From a virus (taxonomy: Duplodnaviria > Heunggongvirae > Uroviricota > Caudoviricetes), in IMG/VR virus record IMGVR_UViG_2595698887_000001: a DNA stretch of 45,426 nt. The stretch is one strand, 5' to 3'. The notes below the pieces were generated by a model. That model was not told the origin of the DNA and did not search any database. It worked only from the letters and a program-made list of their open reading frames with translations. Each line of letters opens with the position of its first letter. Within the stretch, counting starts at the first letter, position 1. This document shows, piece after piece, positions 8,249 to 17,518 of this stretch. The translations under genes were made by a program, and so were the position numbers.

Positions 8249-9121
8249 ATGGCATTTGTATCCAACAACCAGTCCAAACCGCAACAGGGCAAGGCCACGG
8301 CTAACGTCGAGAAAAAGGTCAACACAGCCCAGGAAGCCAGCGGTGAGGTGCAATATACGCTCTTCGCCAGTGGTCTTAACTACGGCGGTAGAAACGTAGA
8401 ACTAAAGGACAAAAACTACACCAACGACCTCGCGATCATTTTCGACGTTGTTGAACAACACTCTTACACACGCACAGTTGATAAAACATCATATGCTGTT
8501 GAAGAAAAGGTAAAATTCAGTGACCACGGTGTTATTGAGGACGGTAAATTCTCTTTCAGTGCCAGAGTCAACTCATCTCCTGTTTATCTGATCGAAAACA
8601 ACTACCTCGACAAAGATACTGACGATCAAAACCCGGTTGCATCTCGTCGTCCAGAGAAAGCTTTGGAGATCCTTGAGAGATTGATCACTGATCGTCAGAT
8701 TGTAACCCTTGTTACTGAAGACAAGATCATTGAGAACTATATCCTTACCTCGATGGAAGCCGCTCGTAGCAACTCTGATGGTGCTGCTCTGGTGTTCCAG
8801 CTTGAATTTACGGAGTTCCGTACATTCACCCTTGGTAAGACAGCCCTTGCAACAGTGTACTCCGACCCTAAAAAGTCTGGTGGTAAGACCAAGCAGAAGG
8901 GTTCTCAACAATCTTCAGCAACAGACAACGAAGTTGAAGTAACAGCCCGACGCACTAAATTTGCAGGCCCAAACAAAGATGGCTGGCAAAGGATTGCTGA
9001 AGCTATGGACTCAGGCAACTTCACCAAGCAAGACCAGGTTATCGGCACACTTACCCCAGATGGTAAAATTCGTGGTGCTGACGGGTCTATCATGGACTAC
9101 AACAAAGCAGTGGGGAAATAA
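8249..9121 (+). CDS. Baseplate / tail tube initiator-like structural protein
   Basis: Start reassigned to ATG 8249 (SD GGAGG). Follows the tape measure gene; SYAVEEKVKFSDH motif resembles tube-initiator/Dit-like proteins. Confidence 0.6.
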   Translation: MAFVSNNQSKPQQGKATANVEKKVNTAQEASGEVQYTLFASGLNYGGRNVELKDKNYTNDLAIIFDVVEQHSYTRTVDKTSYAVEEKVKFSDHGVIEDGKFSFSARVNSSPVYLIENNYLDKDTDDQNPVASRRPEKALEILERLITDRQIVTLVTEDKIIENYILTSMEAARSNSDGAALVFQLEFTEFRTFTLGKTALATVYSDPKKSGGKTKQKGSQQSSATDNEVEVTARRTKFAGPNKDGWQRIAEAMDSGNFTKQDQVIGTLTPDGKIRGADGSIMDYNKAVGK

Positions 9122-9471
9122 TGTCAGCTATTACTTTCTCATGGGACATTGACGGGTTCGCTGACCAGACCATGCGTGTGGTTCTGGACAGTCAGACCTA
9201 TGAAATGCGCTTCCAATGGAACGAACGAGATGAGTCTTGGCTCGTTTCCTTTGGTGATGTTGGTCAAACGCCAACAATCTCTTTTAAACTTACAACAATT
9301 TTCGACATCTTTGCCCCTTTCAAATACCTGGAGAATATCCCGTCCGGGCAACTGCGTGTCTTTTCTTTTACACAGTCAACCAAACGCGTTGGTAGATACA
9401 ATATCGGATTCCTGTCTGACTTGCAACTCCTTTATTCATCTCCTGACGAAGAGTTAACTGGCGAGGAGTAA
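9121..9471 (+). CDS. Small baseplate component
   Basis: 116 aa. VVLDSQTYEMRFQWNERDESW is typical of the small myophage baseplate protein preceding the hub. Confidence 0.6.
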   Translation: MSAITFSWDIDGFADQTMRVVLDSQTYEMRFQWNERDESWLVSFGDVGQTPTISFKLTTIFDIFAPFKYLENIPSGQLRVFSFTQSTKRVGRYNIGFLSDLQLLYSSPDEELTGEE

Positions 9472-9473
9472 TC

Positions 9474-10463
9474 ATGCCTTCTTACAGAACACGAACATTC
9501 AAACTCACAATCGGCAAGCCCGTGTACATCGGGCAAAAGCCGACTAACATCTCTGACTACACCAACCAAAACACGAAAGATGCGTATGTCGTCAGCAACG
9601 AAACTGGCGCTGCAAACATCGAGTTTGAGGTGAAGAAAGATAACTCAAAAGACCCTAACAAGGGGTATGTTACCCTTTACAACCTGTCTGATGAAACAGT
9701 AAGTTATCTCGATGCTAACCAGCGTGAGTCAATTGCCATTGTTCTGGAGGCAGGTTTTGATGGGGAAAACCAGACAATCTTTTCCGGGACAGTTGAATTT
9801 GTTCAGGATAAATGGGATGGACATACTCGTCAGACGAAGATGATCCTTGGTGATGCAACCACTAACATTATGACGGCTAAGACTGCGAGATCTTACAAGA
9901 AAGGAACGCCTATGGACACGGTGCTTAACGATCTTGTTTCCGACTTGAAACTCCCTATTGGTAAGGTGGTTAAGTTCGGTAATCAAACTCTCCAACAGTC
10001 GATGGCCTTTACCGGAAACGCTGCAAACAACCTTGAACGCCTAGCAAAGAACACGGGTTCTACTTTTAGTGTTCAAGATGGTGCTGTGTATTGGACCACA
10101 CAGGGTAAGCGTTTCCGTAATGCTGTTTTTGAAATCAGTGCGGAATCCGGGATGCACGACTCACCAACCCCACAAAACCCGGAACCAGCAAAACGCCGCC
10201 TTGAGAAAAAGAAGAAGTCTAAGAGCAAGCCAAAGACCAGCAAGGGTCCTAGCCGTGCTGAGATCAAGGAAGACGCTGGGCTTGTTGTGGTAACAGAATT
10301 GAACGGTGCGATCATTCCTGAAAGCACGATTTATTTAAAAAGCCAGAAATACACAGGCTTCTACAAGGTAGTTTATCTAACCCATAAAGGTCAGCTTGAA
10401 GGTGGCGATTGGGTGTCTGAAATCGGCCTTGCTGAAACCCGTGGCGGTATTGTGGAGGAATAA
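9474..10463 (+). CDS. Baseplate hub protein (gp27/Mu gp44-like)
   Basis: 329 aa. IEFEVKK...VTLYNLS...LEAGFDG...IFSG pattern; position before the spike gene. Confidence 0.75.
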   Translation: MPSYRTRTFKLTIGKPVYIGQKPTNISDYTNQNTKDAYVVSNETGAANIEFEVKKDNSKDPNKGYVTLYNLSDETVSYLDANQRESIAIVLEAGFDGENQTIFSGTVEFVQDKWDGHTRQTKMILGDATTNIMTAKTARSYKKGTPMDTVLNDLVSDLKLPIGKVVKFGNQTLQQSMAFTGNAANNLERLAKNTGSTFSVQDGAVYWTTQGKRFRNAVFEISAESGMHDSPTPQNPEPAKRRLEKKKKSKSKPKTSKGPSRAEIKEDAGLVVVTELNGAIIPESTIYLKSQKYTGFYKVVYLTHKGQLEGGDWVSEIGLAETRGGIVEE

Positions 10464-11164
10464 TGGCATCAATTCAACGTATGGATGCTGCACTAAACCA
10501 ATGGTTTGCTCGTCAGGCTCGTGATATCCACACAGGCCTGAGAGCCAGGGTTGTGGATGTGGATTATAGTGTACCATCCGCAACCGTACAACCACTGGCT
10601 TCAACTAACTTCGATGATGGCACCGTAGACGCTTATCCTGCTGTTTTTGATGTTCCCCTGTCCATGCCTTCGGCTAACGGGGGAAAAGCTCGCCTGACGC
10701 TTCCTGTGAAGCCTGGTGACGTTGTAGGGCTATCATTCTCTGAACGTAATGAGGGTGATGCAAACGACACGACAACTCACGGACTTTTCCCTGGTTGGTC
10801 AATCATCGGTGTACACAGCGATGGAAACGCGATGACCATCCACCCGGACAATGTGGAGTTATGGAACGACACTGTTCATTTCTCAATGACCCCGGATGGA
10901 GACTTTACTCTAACAGGTCCTCAAGGAACTTTCAAGGTAGACAAGTCTGGTCAAATGCAATTCACAAATGGTGCTGCAACCTTGACAGCAAAGACCGATG
11001 GTAATATCGAAATGAATGGTGCAAAGATCACCCCTGACGGGAACTTAATCACCGCCCGTGGCGTTAACATGAATGATTTCTATGATTACTTCATGCGACA
11101 CACCCACCACTACACATGGACGGACGGCTCTGGTCAGAGTGATACTGCCCGACCTAACGCATAA
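10463..11164 (+). CDS. Baseplate central spike (phi92 gp138 / gpV-like)
   Basis: 233 aa. OB-fold N-terminus (ARVVDVD...ATVQPL...VPLSMP...LTLPVKPGD), beta-helix repeats and a C-terminal HxH iron site (RHTHHY). Confidence 0.85.
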   Translation: MASIQRMDAALNQWFARQARDIHTGLRARVVDVDYSVPSATVQPLASTNFDDGTVDAYPAVFDVPLSMPSANGGKARLTLPVKPGDVVGLSFSERNEGDANDTTTHGLFPGWSIIGVHSDGNAMTIHPDNVELWNDTVHFSMTPDGDFTLTGPQGTFKVDKSGQMQFTNGAATLTAKTDGNIEMNGAKITPDGNLITARGVNMNDFYDYFMRHTHHYTWTDGSGQSDTARPNA

Positions 11165-11173
11165 GGGGAATAA

Positions 11174-11791
11174 ATGGCAACTCTTTATTCTGACCTTCTA
11201 ATGGACCCGGTTACTGGAGACCTTGATGTCTCCACGGGTCTTCAGATCATTGAGTCCAACCAGACAAGCCTCCGTCAAAGACTGTGGCTTCGCTTCAATA
11301 TCTGGGCTGGAAACTGGTATTTCGATGAGACCTTTGGTTTCCCATACCGAACATATCTGAGCAAGAAGGTAATGAAAACCGTCCTTGACAACAAGATCAA
11401 GGAAGTAACCCGTCTTGAGCCTGATGTGCTTGAGATCACCTCATTCCACTCTTCAATGGATCGCACCACACGTAGCTATCAAGCCTTCTTCGAAGTAACA
11501 ACCAAAGAACAAGAGGTTGTAAGACTTGCTTTCGTAGGACAGGATGAGTATTATTACCCAATCCCTGATGAAGGTGCAACGGTTCTTTGTGACGACGATG
11601 GTTGGATTACGTGGGCTAACAAGCTTTACTACCTGATCAACTTCCGTCTGCCTCGCACTGGCGATGCTACATGGTGGAACACCTGGGCTGGTACGGATAT
11701 TGATAACCCAATTCCGGTCGGTAGCCTGATGGATGACAAGAACAACGTCATCACCACTGAAGATGGCAAGTCCATTAACCGTAACCACTAA
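11174..11791 (+). CDS. Baseplate wedge subunit (gp25-like) with C-terminal extension
   Basis: 205 aa. SLRQRLWLRFNIWAGNWYFDETFGFPY is a typical gp25-like pattern. Confidence 0.7.
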   Translation: MATLYSDLLMDPVTGDLDVSTGLQIIESNQTSLRQRLWLRFNIWAGNWYFDETFGFPYRTYLSKKVMKTVLDNKIKEVTRLEPDVLEITSFHSSMDRTTRSYQAFFEVTTKEQEVVRLAFVGQDEYYYPIPDEGATVLCDDDGWITWANKLYYLINFRLPRTGDATWWNTWAGTDIDNPIPVGSLMDDKNNVITTEDGKSINRNH

Positions 11792-11801
11792 GGGGTAAAT
11801 A

Positions 11802-12473
11802 ATGGCAGATGTTGCATTTCCAACAGTGAAGGTCTCTGACCTTCCTACTGCCGTCACCGTTTCCGGTGGCGATTTTGTTGTTACCGACCAGTCAGATACT
11901 ACCAGAAAAGCCTCCCTGGATACGATTGTTTCCAAAATGAGCTTGACAAGAGTGGTATTCTTTGCTGAAGGTGGATACCTTGAATCTAAGAAGGACCTCG
12001 CTTTCTTTGCGACTGACGGCAAGTATTACACATGGAACGGTACTTATCCAAAGACAATTCCAATGGCTTCTTCCCCGGCAACAACCGGGGGTATTAGCTC
12101 TAACGCGTGGCAGGAGTTTGGTGCCAGTGGTGGTAGCTCAACAGGGAAAGTTGTAAATCTTGGCAATGTCCAAGGGACAGCAACATGCAACCTGACACTT
12201 GGAGATACCTTCATTGCTAACCTTACGGCAGGGCAGTGTGTGGTTGGTATCACTAATCCATCCACGGCACAGGGTGTCTCTCAAGTATTCACCCTTTCCT
12301 TGACTCAGGGTACGGGTGCAAACCTTGTATCTTGGCCCAGTAACATCAAGTGGAATTATGGACGACTACCAGTTCTTTCATATAAAACCGGGGTGCGAGA
12401 CATCTTCCAGTTCGTCACTTATGACGGGGGAAATACATGGTTCGGCTCCCTCATTATGGCAGGAGTTGAGTAA
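11802..12473 (+). CDS. Tailspike adaptor protein
   Basis: 223 aa. N-terminal anchor is paralogous to that of 15272..17410. C-terminal LTQGTGANLVSWP domain; no catalytic domain visible. Confidence 0.65.
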   Translation: MADVAFPTVKVSDLPTAVTVSGGDFVVTDQSDTTRKASLDTIVSKMSLTRVVFFAEGGYLESKKDLAFFATDGKYYTWNGTYPKTIPMASSPATTGGISSNAWQEFGASGGSSTGKVVNLGNVQGTATCNLTLGDTFIANLTAGQCVVGITNPSTAQGVSQVFTLSLTQGTGANLVSWPSNIKWNYGRLPVLSYKTGVRDIFQFVTYDGGNTWFGSLIMAGVE

Positions 12474-15262
12474 TGGCAAAGTTAAGCCACAACATTGATA
12501 ATGTGTTTCAGTTGATCGACGGACACATTCAGTTTCTTCAGAGAAACACCGGAGAGACAATCGATCCTACGGTTCAGCACTACATCCTGAACTTGCAAAA
12601 TGTTCTGGCTAACAACCGCCACTTCATCAACTGGACGGCGCAGGAAGCCCAACCAAATGGTGACGCAACAACCGAGGGACAGTCAGTGCTGATCCTTGGA
12701 TGTGCTTATGCGTACCTCGCGTCTAATGACCCGAAATACCTTGAACTTGCAGAGGCCTATTGGCAGGCATATATTGACTGGTTCTTTGCTGGTCAGCCAA
12801 TCCCAGATCCTCCTGCGGTATATCGTCCTAACTGGATCATTAACGGAAAGGAACCCCGTCTTGCTCACTACCCTCTCACCGACGATGGATACCCGACCCA
12901 CGGGGGATTCAAGGGCAGCGTGATGTCTTGGACAAACGGAAGAACCCTGATCCCTCATGGTGCTCCTAATTGGGGAGAATACCTTGACAAGGCCTGGTTT
13001 GCTTTTGACGGCAACCTTGGTTGGAACTCTGTCAACGCCACGGTGTACAAAGAAAACCCGGATGGAAGTACCAACTGGGATGAGTACGGGTCACAGTGGG
13101 ATGTAGACTGGATTATTGACCGTCTGGGCCGTAAGGTTGACTGGGATGGTAACATTCTCGAAGAAGGTCTTCCCGAATCTCAGTGGGGGACTGTTCAACT
13201 GAAGGATACCACAATCACGGGTAATTACAAGTTCAACTATGCGACATGTAACCCTGTTGAGCATGGTGGATACCTGATGGGTAGAAACACCATGTGGCAC
13301 AACCGCCCGGTTAACGTACCTATTGAGATGGGCTTCCAGGATAACGCCTCTGACGCAGAGACTTGGTGGTGTGATGCGAACTACGTGATGTACCAGATCA
13401 CGGGGGAAAGAAAATACTGGCTTTGCTGGCAGTCTTCACTGATCGTCTGTGATAACTATTCCGACATTGACCGTTTCGATAAGTTCTTCCGTAAGTCAAC
13501 ATTCGCGACAATCCCATTCACCGATGGGATCAGCTATGACTACTCATACCCGTCAACGGCAGTTCCTCAGTATTCTCGCGATTCTGATGGGTATATTGGT
13601 ATTCGTCAAACTGTAGCAGCGCAAACTACCCTTGAGCAACAGGCTATTTGGTTCCGTGTTGACGGCACTTCAAAGCTCCGTGTTCAGTTCTCAGGGAAAG
13701 ATGATGCTGGCAATGGTCTGTTATTCAGACCAGAGCTTGATCTTAATAAAACAAAATCTGAAACCGGAAGAGTGACCTACCGTTGTGGTCTCCCACGCGG
13801 TACAGACTCTATCGTTTCTATGGACATCCCTCTCTCCAACTTCGTGAGACTAACCCCTCCGGGTGGTGGCAGTTACATTGTAGCAGACCCACGTATTGTT
13901 GTCGATTGGGGATCTAACACGGTTATTGACTTCCAGTACCAGACAGGCATTCTTGGGAGAATCAATGACCAGGCCTGTACGCTTGTGACTGATGCAGACG
14001 GTGGATGCACTATTGGTTTCTGGTTGACAGATACCGAGACCGCTGATCTCTCAGCGTTCACATATCGTTCTTATGCAGATAATTTTAACATCACAATCAC
14101 AGATGACAATCTGTGGAGATGGTGGGCTATGGTTCCTGCGACCAACGGGGATTGGACAACGCTTCAGTTGTCTCCGTCTAACTTTGTACTTAGCAGTTAC
14201 CAACCAGACCACCCGGAAACAGATCCTAAACCAAACCAGATCAGTCTTCACAACCTGAAGCAGATCAACTTGGCACCGGATACAGACCCGGTTGATGGTG
14301 TTAGCGCGAAGATCGATTGGTATTGTATCAACGCAGTTCCTGAGTTATACACCTCCACAGGTGGTGACGACTACACGATGTATTTCCGTATCACCGTGTC
14401 CGGGGACAACGCATACAATGCTAAACTGGGCGACTGTACGATCATCGACTACAAGCTTAACAGCCTGTATTACACTCCGGGATTGATTCCATTCTCCAAC
14501 ATTAGTGACCCTAACACGGCGCTTTATGATGGGTGGCGTGGTCTTCCATACCCAGGGTATCAGTACCCAACCCTGTACTGCTTCAAGGGCCAGAGTATCG
14601 ACTGGACAAGATTGAATAGTACGATTGACTTCCTGTACGACTCACAGATGTGGTTTTATAACACATTCCACCCCGTCATGCCAGGACCTATGGCACAGGC
14701 ATTTGTATGGGACCGTTGGGATGCCCGTAAATATGGTCAACCAAACACCTTCACCATGAAACACTGGAACGAGAAGGCGTGGGACGGTTATGAGGCGCGT
14801 GCATTCTTTTGTGTGTGTCGTTGCATCTATGAACTCTCTCAGCGGGGTGAGGCCATTCCTAGCAAGCTATTTACTGTTGCGAAGAACTGGGTTGATTACC
14901 TGAAGTGGTTCCAAGACAACAATGAGGGTCGTACCCCTACAATCTTTAACCCTGATGGTACTGTTCTGGCACCAGAGGATGACTTTACAAGCCATATGTC
15001 GGCGCTATTCATGGGAGGTTGTTCAATTCTGGGAATGGCAGGTATGCGTGATCGCATTCCTAATATCGACATGGTGGCAGAGCGTTGTTTCAGCCTAATC
15101 CAGGAGAACTACATCATTCTTACTGCCAATCACCCGATGAATGGTAGCTGGTCTGTTGCTCCTCGTGCAGATACTGATAACGGGATGTTCTTTGGCTTCC
15201 ACGCCGGGGAACTGTTACGAGGATTTGGGCTGTATGCTATGTACAGAAACCTTACAAGATAA
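12473..15262 (+). CDS. Putative virion-associated glycoside hydrolase, GH8-like barrel with inserted beta domains
   Basis: 929 aa. ATTEGQS (E68) and DNASDAETWW (D294) parallel the TTSEGQS and SNSASDGDVW motifs of GH8 BcsZ, recalled from memory. Confidence 0.6.
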   Translation: MAKLSHNIDNVFQLIDGHIQFLQRNTGETIDPTVQHYILNLQNVLANNRHFINWTAQEAQPNGDATTEGQSVLILGCAYAYLASNDPKYLELAEAYWQAYIDWFFAGQPIPDPPAVYRPNWIINGKEPRLAHYPLTDDGYPTHGGFKGSVMSWTNGRTLIPHGAPNWGEYLDKAWFAFDGNLGWNSVNATVYKENPDGSTNWDEYGSQWDVDWIIDRLGRKVDWDGNILEEGLPESQWGTVQLKDTTITGNYKFNYATCNPVEHGGYLMGRNTMWHNRPVNVPIEMGFQDNASDAETWWCDANYVMYQITGERKYWLCWQSSLIVCDNYSDIDRFDKFFRKSTFATIPFTDGISYDYSYPSTAVPQYSRDSDGYIGIRQTVAAQTTLEQQAIWFRVDGTSKLRVQFSGKDDAGNGLLFRPELDLNKTKSETGRVTYRCGLPRGTDSIVSMDIPLSNFVRLTPPGGGSYIVADPRIVVDWGSNTVIDFQYQTGILGRINDQACTLVTDADGGCTIGFWLTDTETADLSAFTYRSYADNFNITITDDNLWRWWAMVPATNGDWTTLQLSPSNFVLSSYQPDHPETDPKPNQISLHNLKQINLAPDTDPVDGVSAKIDWYCINAVPELYTSTGGDDYTMYFRITVSGDNAYNAKLGDCTIIDYKLNSLYYTPGLIPFSNISDPNTALYDGWRGLPYPGYQYPTLYCFKGQSIDWTRLNSTIDFLYDSQMWFYNTFHPVMPGPMAQAFVWDRWDARKYGQPNTFTMKHWNEKAWDGYEARAFFCVCRCIYELSQRGEAIPSKLFTVAKNWVDYLKWFQDNNEGRTPTIFNPDGTVLAPEDDFTSHMSALFMGGCSILGMAGMRDRIPNIDMVAERCFSLIQENYIILTANHPMNGSWSVAPRADTDNGMFFGFHAGELLRGFGLYAMYRNLTR

Positions 15263-15271
15263 GAGGAATTA

Positions 15272-17410
15272 ATGGCAGATCTATTACCTACCGTCAAGAT
15301 TTCGGACCTACCGACCGCGACGGATTCTTTCGAGGGAGATTTTCTGGTTGTTGACCAGTCGGATGCTACACGTAAATCCACATGGTCAAGCCTGTTTTCT
15401 CGCTTCGGTGTTATGCGTATGTTCTCATTCCAGGATGGTGGTACGCTGACTTCCGCTAAGGACCAGGTAATTGACCGCACAACTAACAAGGTGTATCAGT
15501 GGACGGGTGCTTATCCTAAGCTGGTTCCTGCTAACTCAACCCCGGAAAGCACCGGGGGTGTTGGTACTGGAGGGTGGTCAGTTAACGACCCTTCTCTCCG
15601 TGGAGACCTTGCTGGGATCAATGGGTCAACTTACGTTGGTGGTCCTGCTGGTACGGTGGCACAATCCCTTGACGGGTTTGTAACACCTTCTCAGTTTGTT
15701 GGAAAATACCCATCAACAACTGAAGCAGTAACCGCAATGGTTGCTTATGCGAAAACCAACAAGAAAGCTATTCTGGCTTGGGGCTGGGAACTGACACTTG
15801 AGACAAGTGTTTACATCGACGGTGTGGAGTGGTATGGTGGTGCTTTCAACCAGTCAGGTGGTAACCGCTACATGTACTTGTCAAACAGTACGTTCCGTTG
15901 GACTACCTTTACAGGTGTTTGTACCCGTCACTATGGTGGACGACTTATCATCACTGATTCTGCTTGGTTAAACAACACCAACACAGCAGCAATGCTGATT
16001 CAGGCACTACCTGTTGATGGTACAATTGACATTCTTGACAGTGATTTCCGTGGATGTAAATACGGTATCCTGCAACAAGGTACTGGTGCTCTGATCACCC
16101 GCGCTCGTTTTGCTCGACTGAACTTCAATGATTTGACAGGTGATGCGATTGAGTGTAACGTTGTTAACCGTCACTACAAAGCAGGTGGCTTGACCATCGA
16201 AGATATCAACATTGACAATATCAACAACACAGACAACTCTCCTAACTGGGGTATCGGTATCGGTGTTGCGGGTCAAGGTCCATACGGTGCTAACGCTTCC
16301 GATGACCAATATGTTAGTGGGATCATCATTCGTAACGTCAAGATGCGTCGTGTACGTCAGTGTATCCACTTCGAACTTTGCCGAGATTTCAAGGTGGAGA
16401 ACGTAGAGGTCTACCCGGACGCTTCCGTTTCTAACGGTACACTTCTGGCATCGGGCGGTGTTGTTTGCTACGGCTCTAAAGACTTCATCATTGATGGTGT
16501 TCGTGGAGAGATGGTTAATGGTGCAACACGCTTCATCTATTTTGGGTGGGGTGTTAACGCCGGGACATATGCTGCTCCGTGTCGTGACTTTACGTTGAGA
16601 AACGTTAGAACCCACACCGGGCTGGTAGACATCCCTGTGAGTGCCAGAGATGACTGGACCAACACTGTAACGGTTGAGGATGTCGAGTGCGACACCTTCA
16701 AATACCGTGGTCTTGTTTCACGTCTTCGTCTTGCAGACATCCGTTGCAACCTCTTTGATGGTATCGGTGACTACGAGGCAGGTCAAGGTGAGGCAGGTGG
16801 GGCTATGAAACGCTGGGCTTGGTGTTCTGCCGAGATCCTGAATATCAACAGCCTTGATGCTAACGGTGTTGCTAACGGTAGTTTTGGACAGGTTGGCTTC
16901 GACCACGTTACGACTTACGGTTGTAACTTCGACGTAGTTCAACACTCCAAGACAAACGGTAACCGTGGTGTTACGCTGTTGAACGCTGGGAACATTTACA
17001 TCGCTGATAACGATCTTTTCCCGCAAGGTAAAGAGTTCGTGAAGGGCGACATCATTCTTAAAAAGACTGGTGGTTTGTTCGTGGTTGAAACAGGCGGTTC
17101 CTACATTGAAGCAAATGACTTTATCCGTGCTACAACGGTTGGGTCTAAGACCATTCAATGTGCTGCTGATTCCGGAGTAAGTCAGCCCTGGGCGACCCGT
17201 GCATTTAAATCCGCAGGTCTCCAGTTGACTATCCCAGGCGCAGGCGCTGGAGGGGCAGATCTGAAGACAACCGTCATCCGTGCTCCATACCAAAACGGGG
17301 CTTGGACAACACCGTTCTATCTGGATATTGCTGATCCTATTCAGACAGCAACCCCGGATAATACGGCGCTTGTTTCAACAAACCCGGTAGTATACAGCGA
17401 AAGGACTTAA
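15272..17410 (+). CDS. Colanic-acid-degrading tailspike (WcaM-like beta-helix)
   Basis: 712 aa. Tailspike N-terminal anchor; FNDLTGDAIECNV, NWGIGIGVAG and RQCIHFE parallel WcaM FSDLQGDAIEWNV, NWGIGIGLAG and RQLIHVE (recalled). Confidence 0.8.
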   Translation: MADLLPTVKISDLPTATDSFEGDFLVVDQSDATRKSTWSSLFSRFGVMRMFSFQDGGTLTSAKDQVIDRTTNKVYQWTGAYPKLVPANSTPESTGGVGTGGWSVNDPSLRGDLAGINGSTYVGGPAGTVAQSLDGFVTPSQFVGKYPSTTEAVTAMVAYAKTNKKAILAWGWELTLETSVYIDGVEWYGGAFNQSGGNRYMYLSNSTFRWTTFTGVCTRHYGGRLIITDSAWLNNTNTAAMLIQALPVDGTIDILDSDFRGCKYGILQQGTGALITRARFARLNFNDLTGDAIECNVVNRHYKAGGLTIEDINIDNINNTDNSPNWGIGIGVAGQGPYGANASDDQYVSGIIIRNVKMRRVRQCIHFELCRDFKVENVEVYPDASVSNGTLLASGGVVCYGSKDFIIDGVRGEMVNGATRFIYFGWGVNAGTYAAPCRDFTLRNVRTHTGLVDIPVSARDDWTNTVTVEDVECDTFKYRGLVSRLRLADIRCNLFDGIGDYEAGQGEAGGAMKRWAWCSAEILNINSLDANGVANGSFGQVGFDHVTTYGCNFDVVQHSKTNGNRGVTLLNAGNIYIADNDLFPQGKEFVKGDIILKKTGGLFVVETGGSYIEANDFIRATTVGSKTIQCAADSGVSQPWATRAFKSAGLQLTIPGAGAGGADLKTTVIRAPYQNGAWTTPFYLDIADPIQTATPDNTALVSTNPVVYSERT

Positions 17411-17415
17411 ATAAC

Positions 17416-17438
17416 AAGGGGCTTCGGCCCCTTTTCTT
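17416..17438 (+). terminator. Intrinsic terminator
   Basis: AAGGGGC-TTCG-GCCCCTT followed by TTCTT. Confidence 0.8.
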
Positions 17439-17448
17439 ATTATAAGCC

Positions 17449-17478
17449 TTTATAATTAAATCACAATATGATAAAATA
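17449..17478 (+). promoter_or_regulatory. Extended -10 promoter for the second baseplate block
   Basis: TGATAAAATA at 17469-17478; weak -35 TTTATA 17 nt upstream. Confidence 0.55.
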
Positions 17479-17518
17479 GCAACATCTTAGAGCAAAAATC
17501 TAGCAAGAGGAGGCGTTC

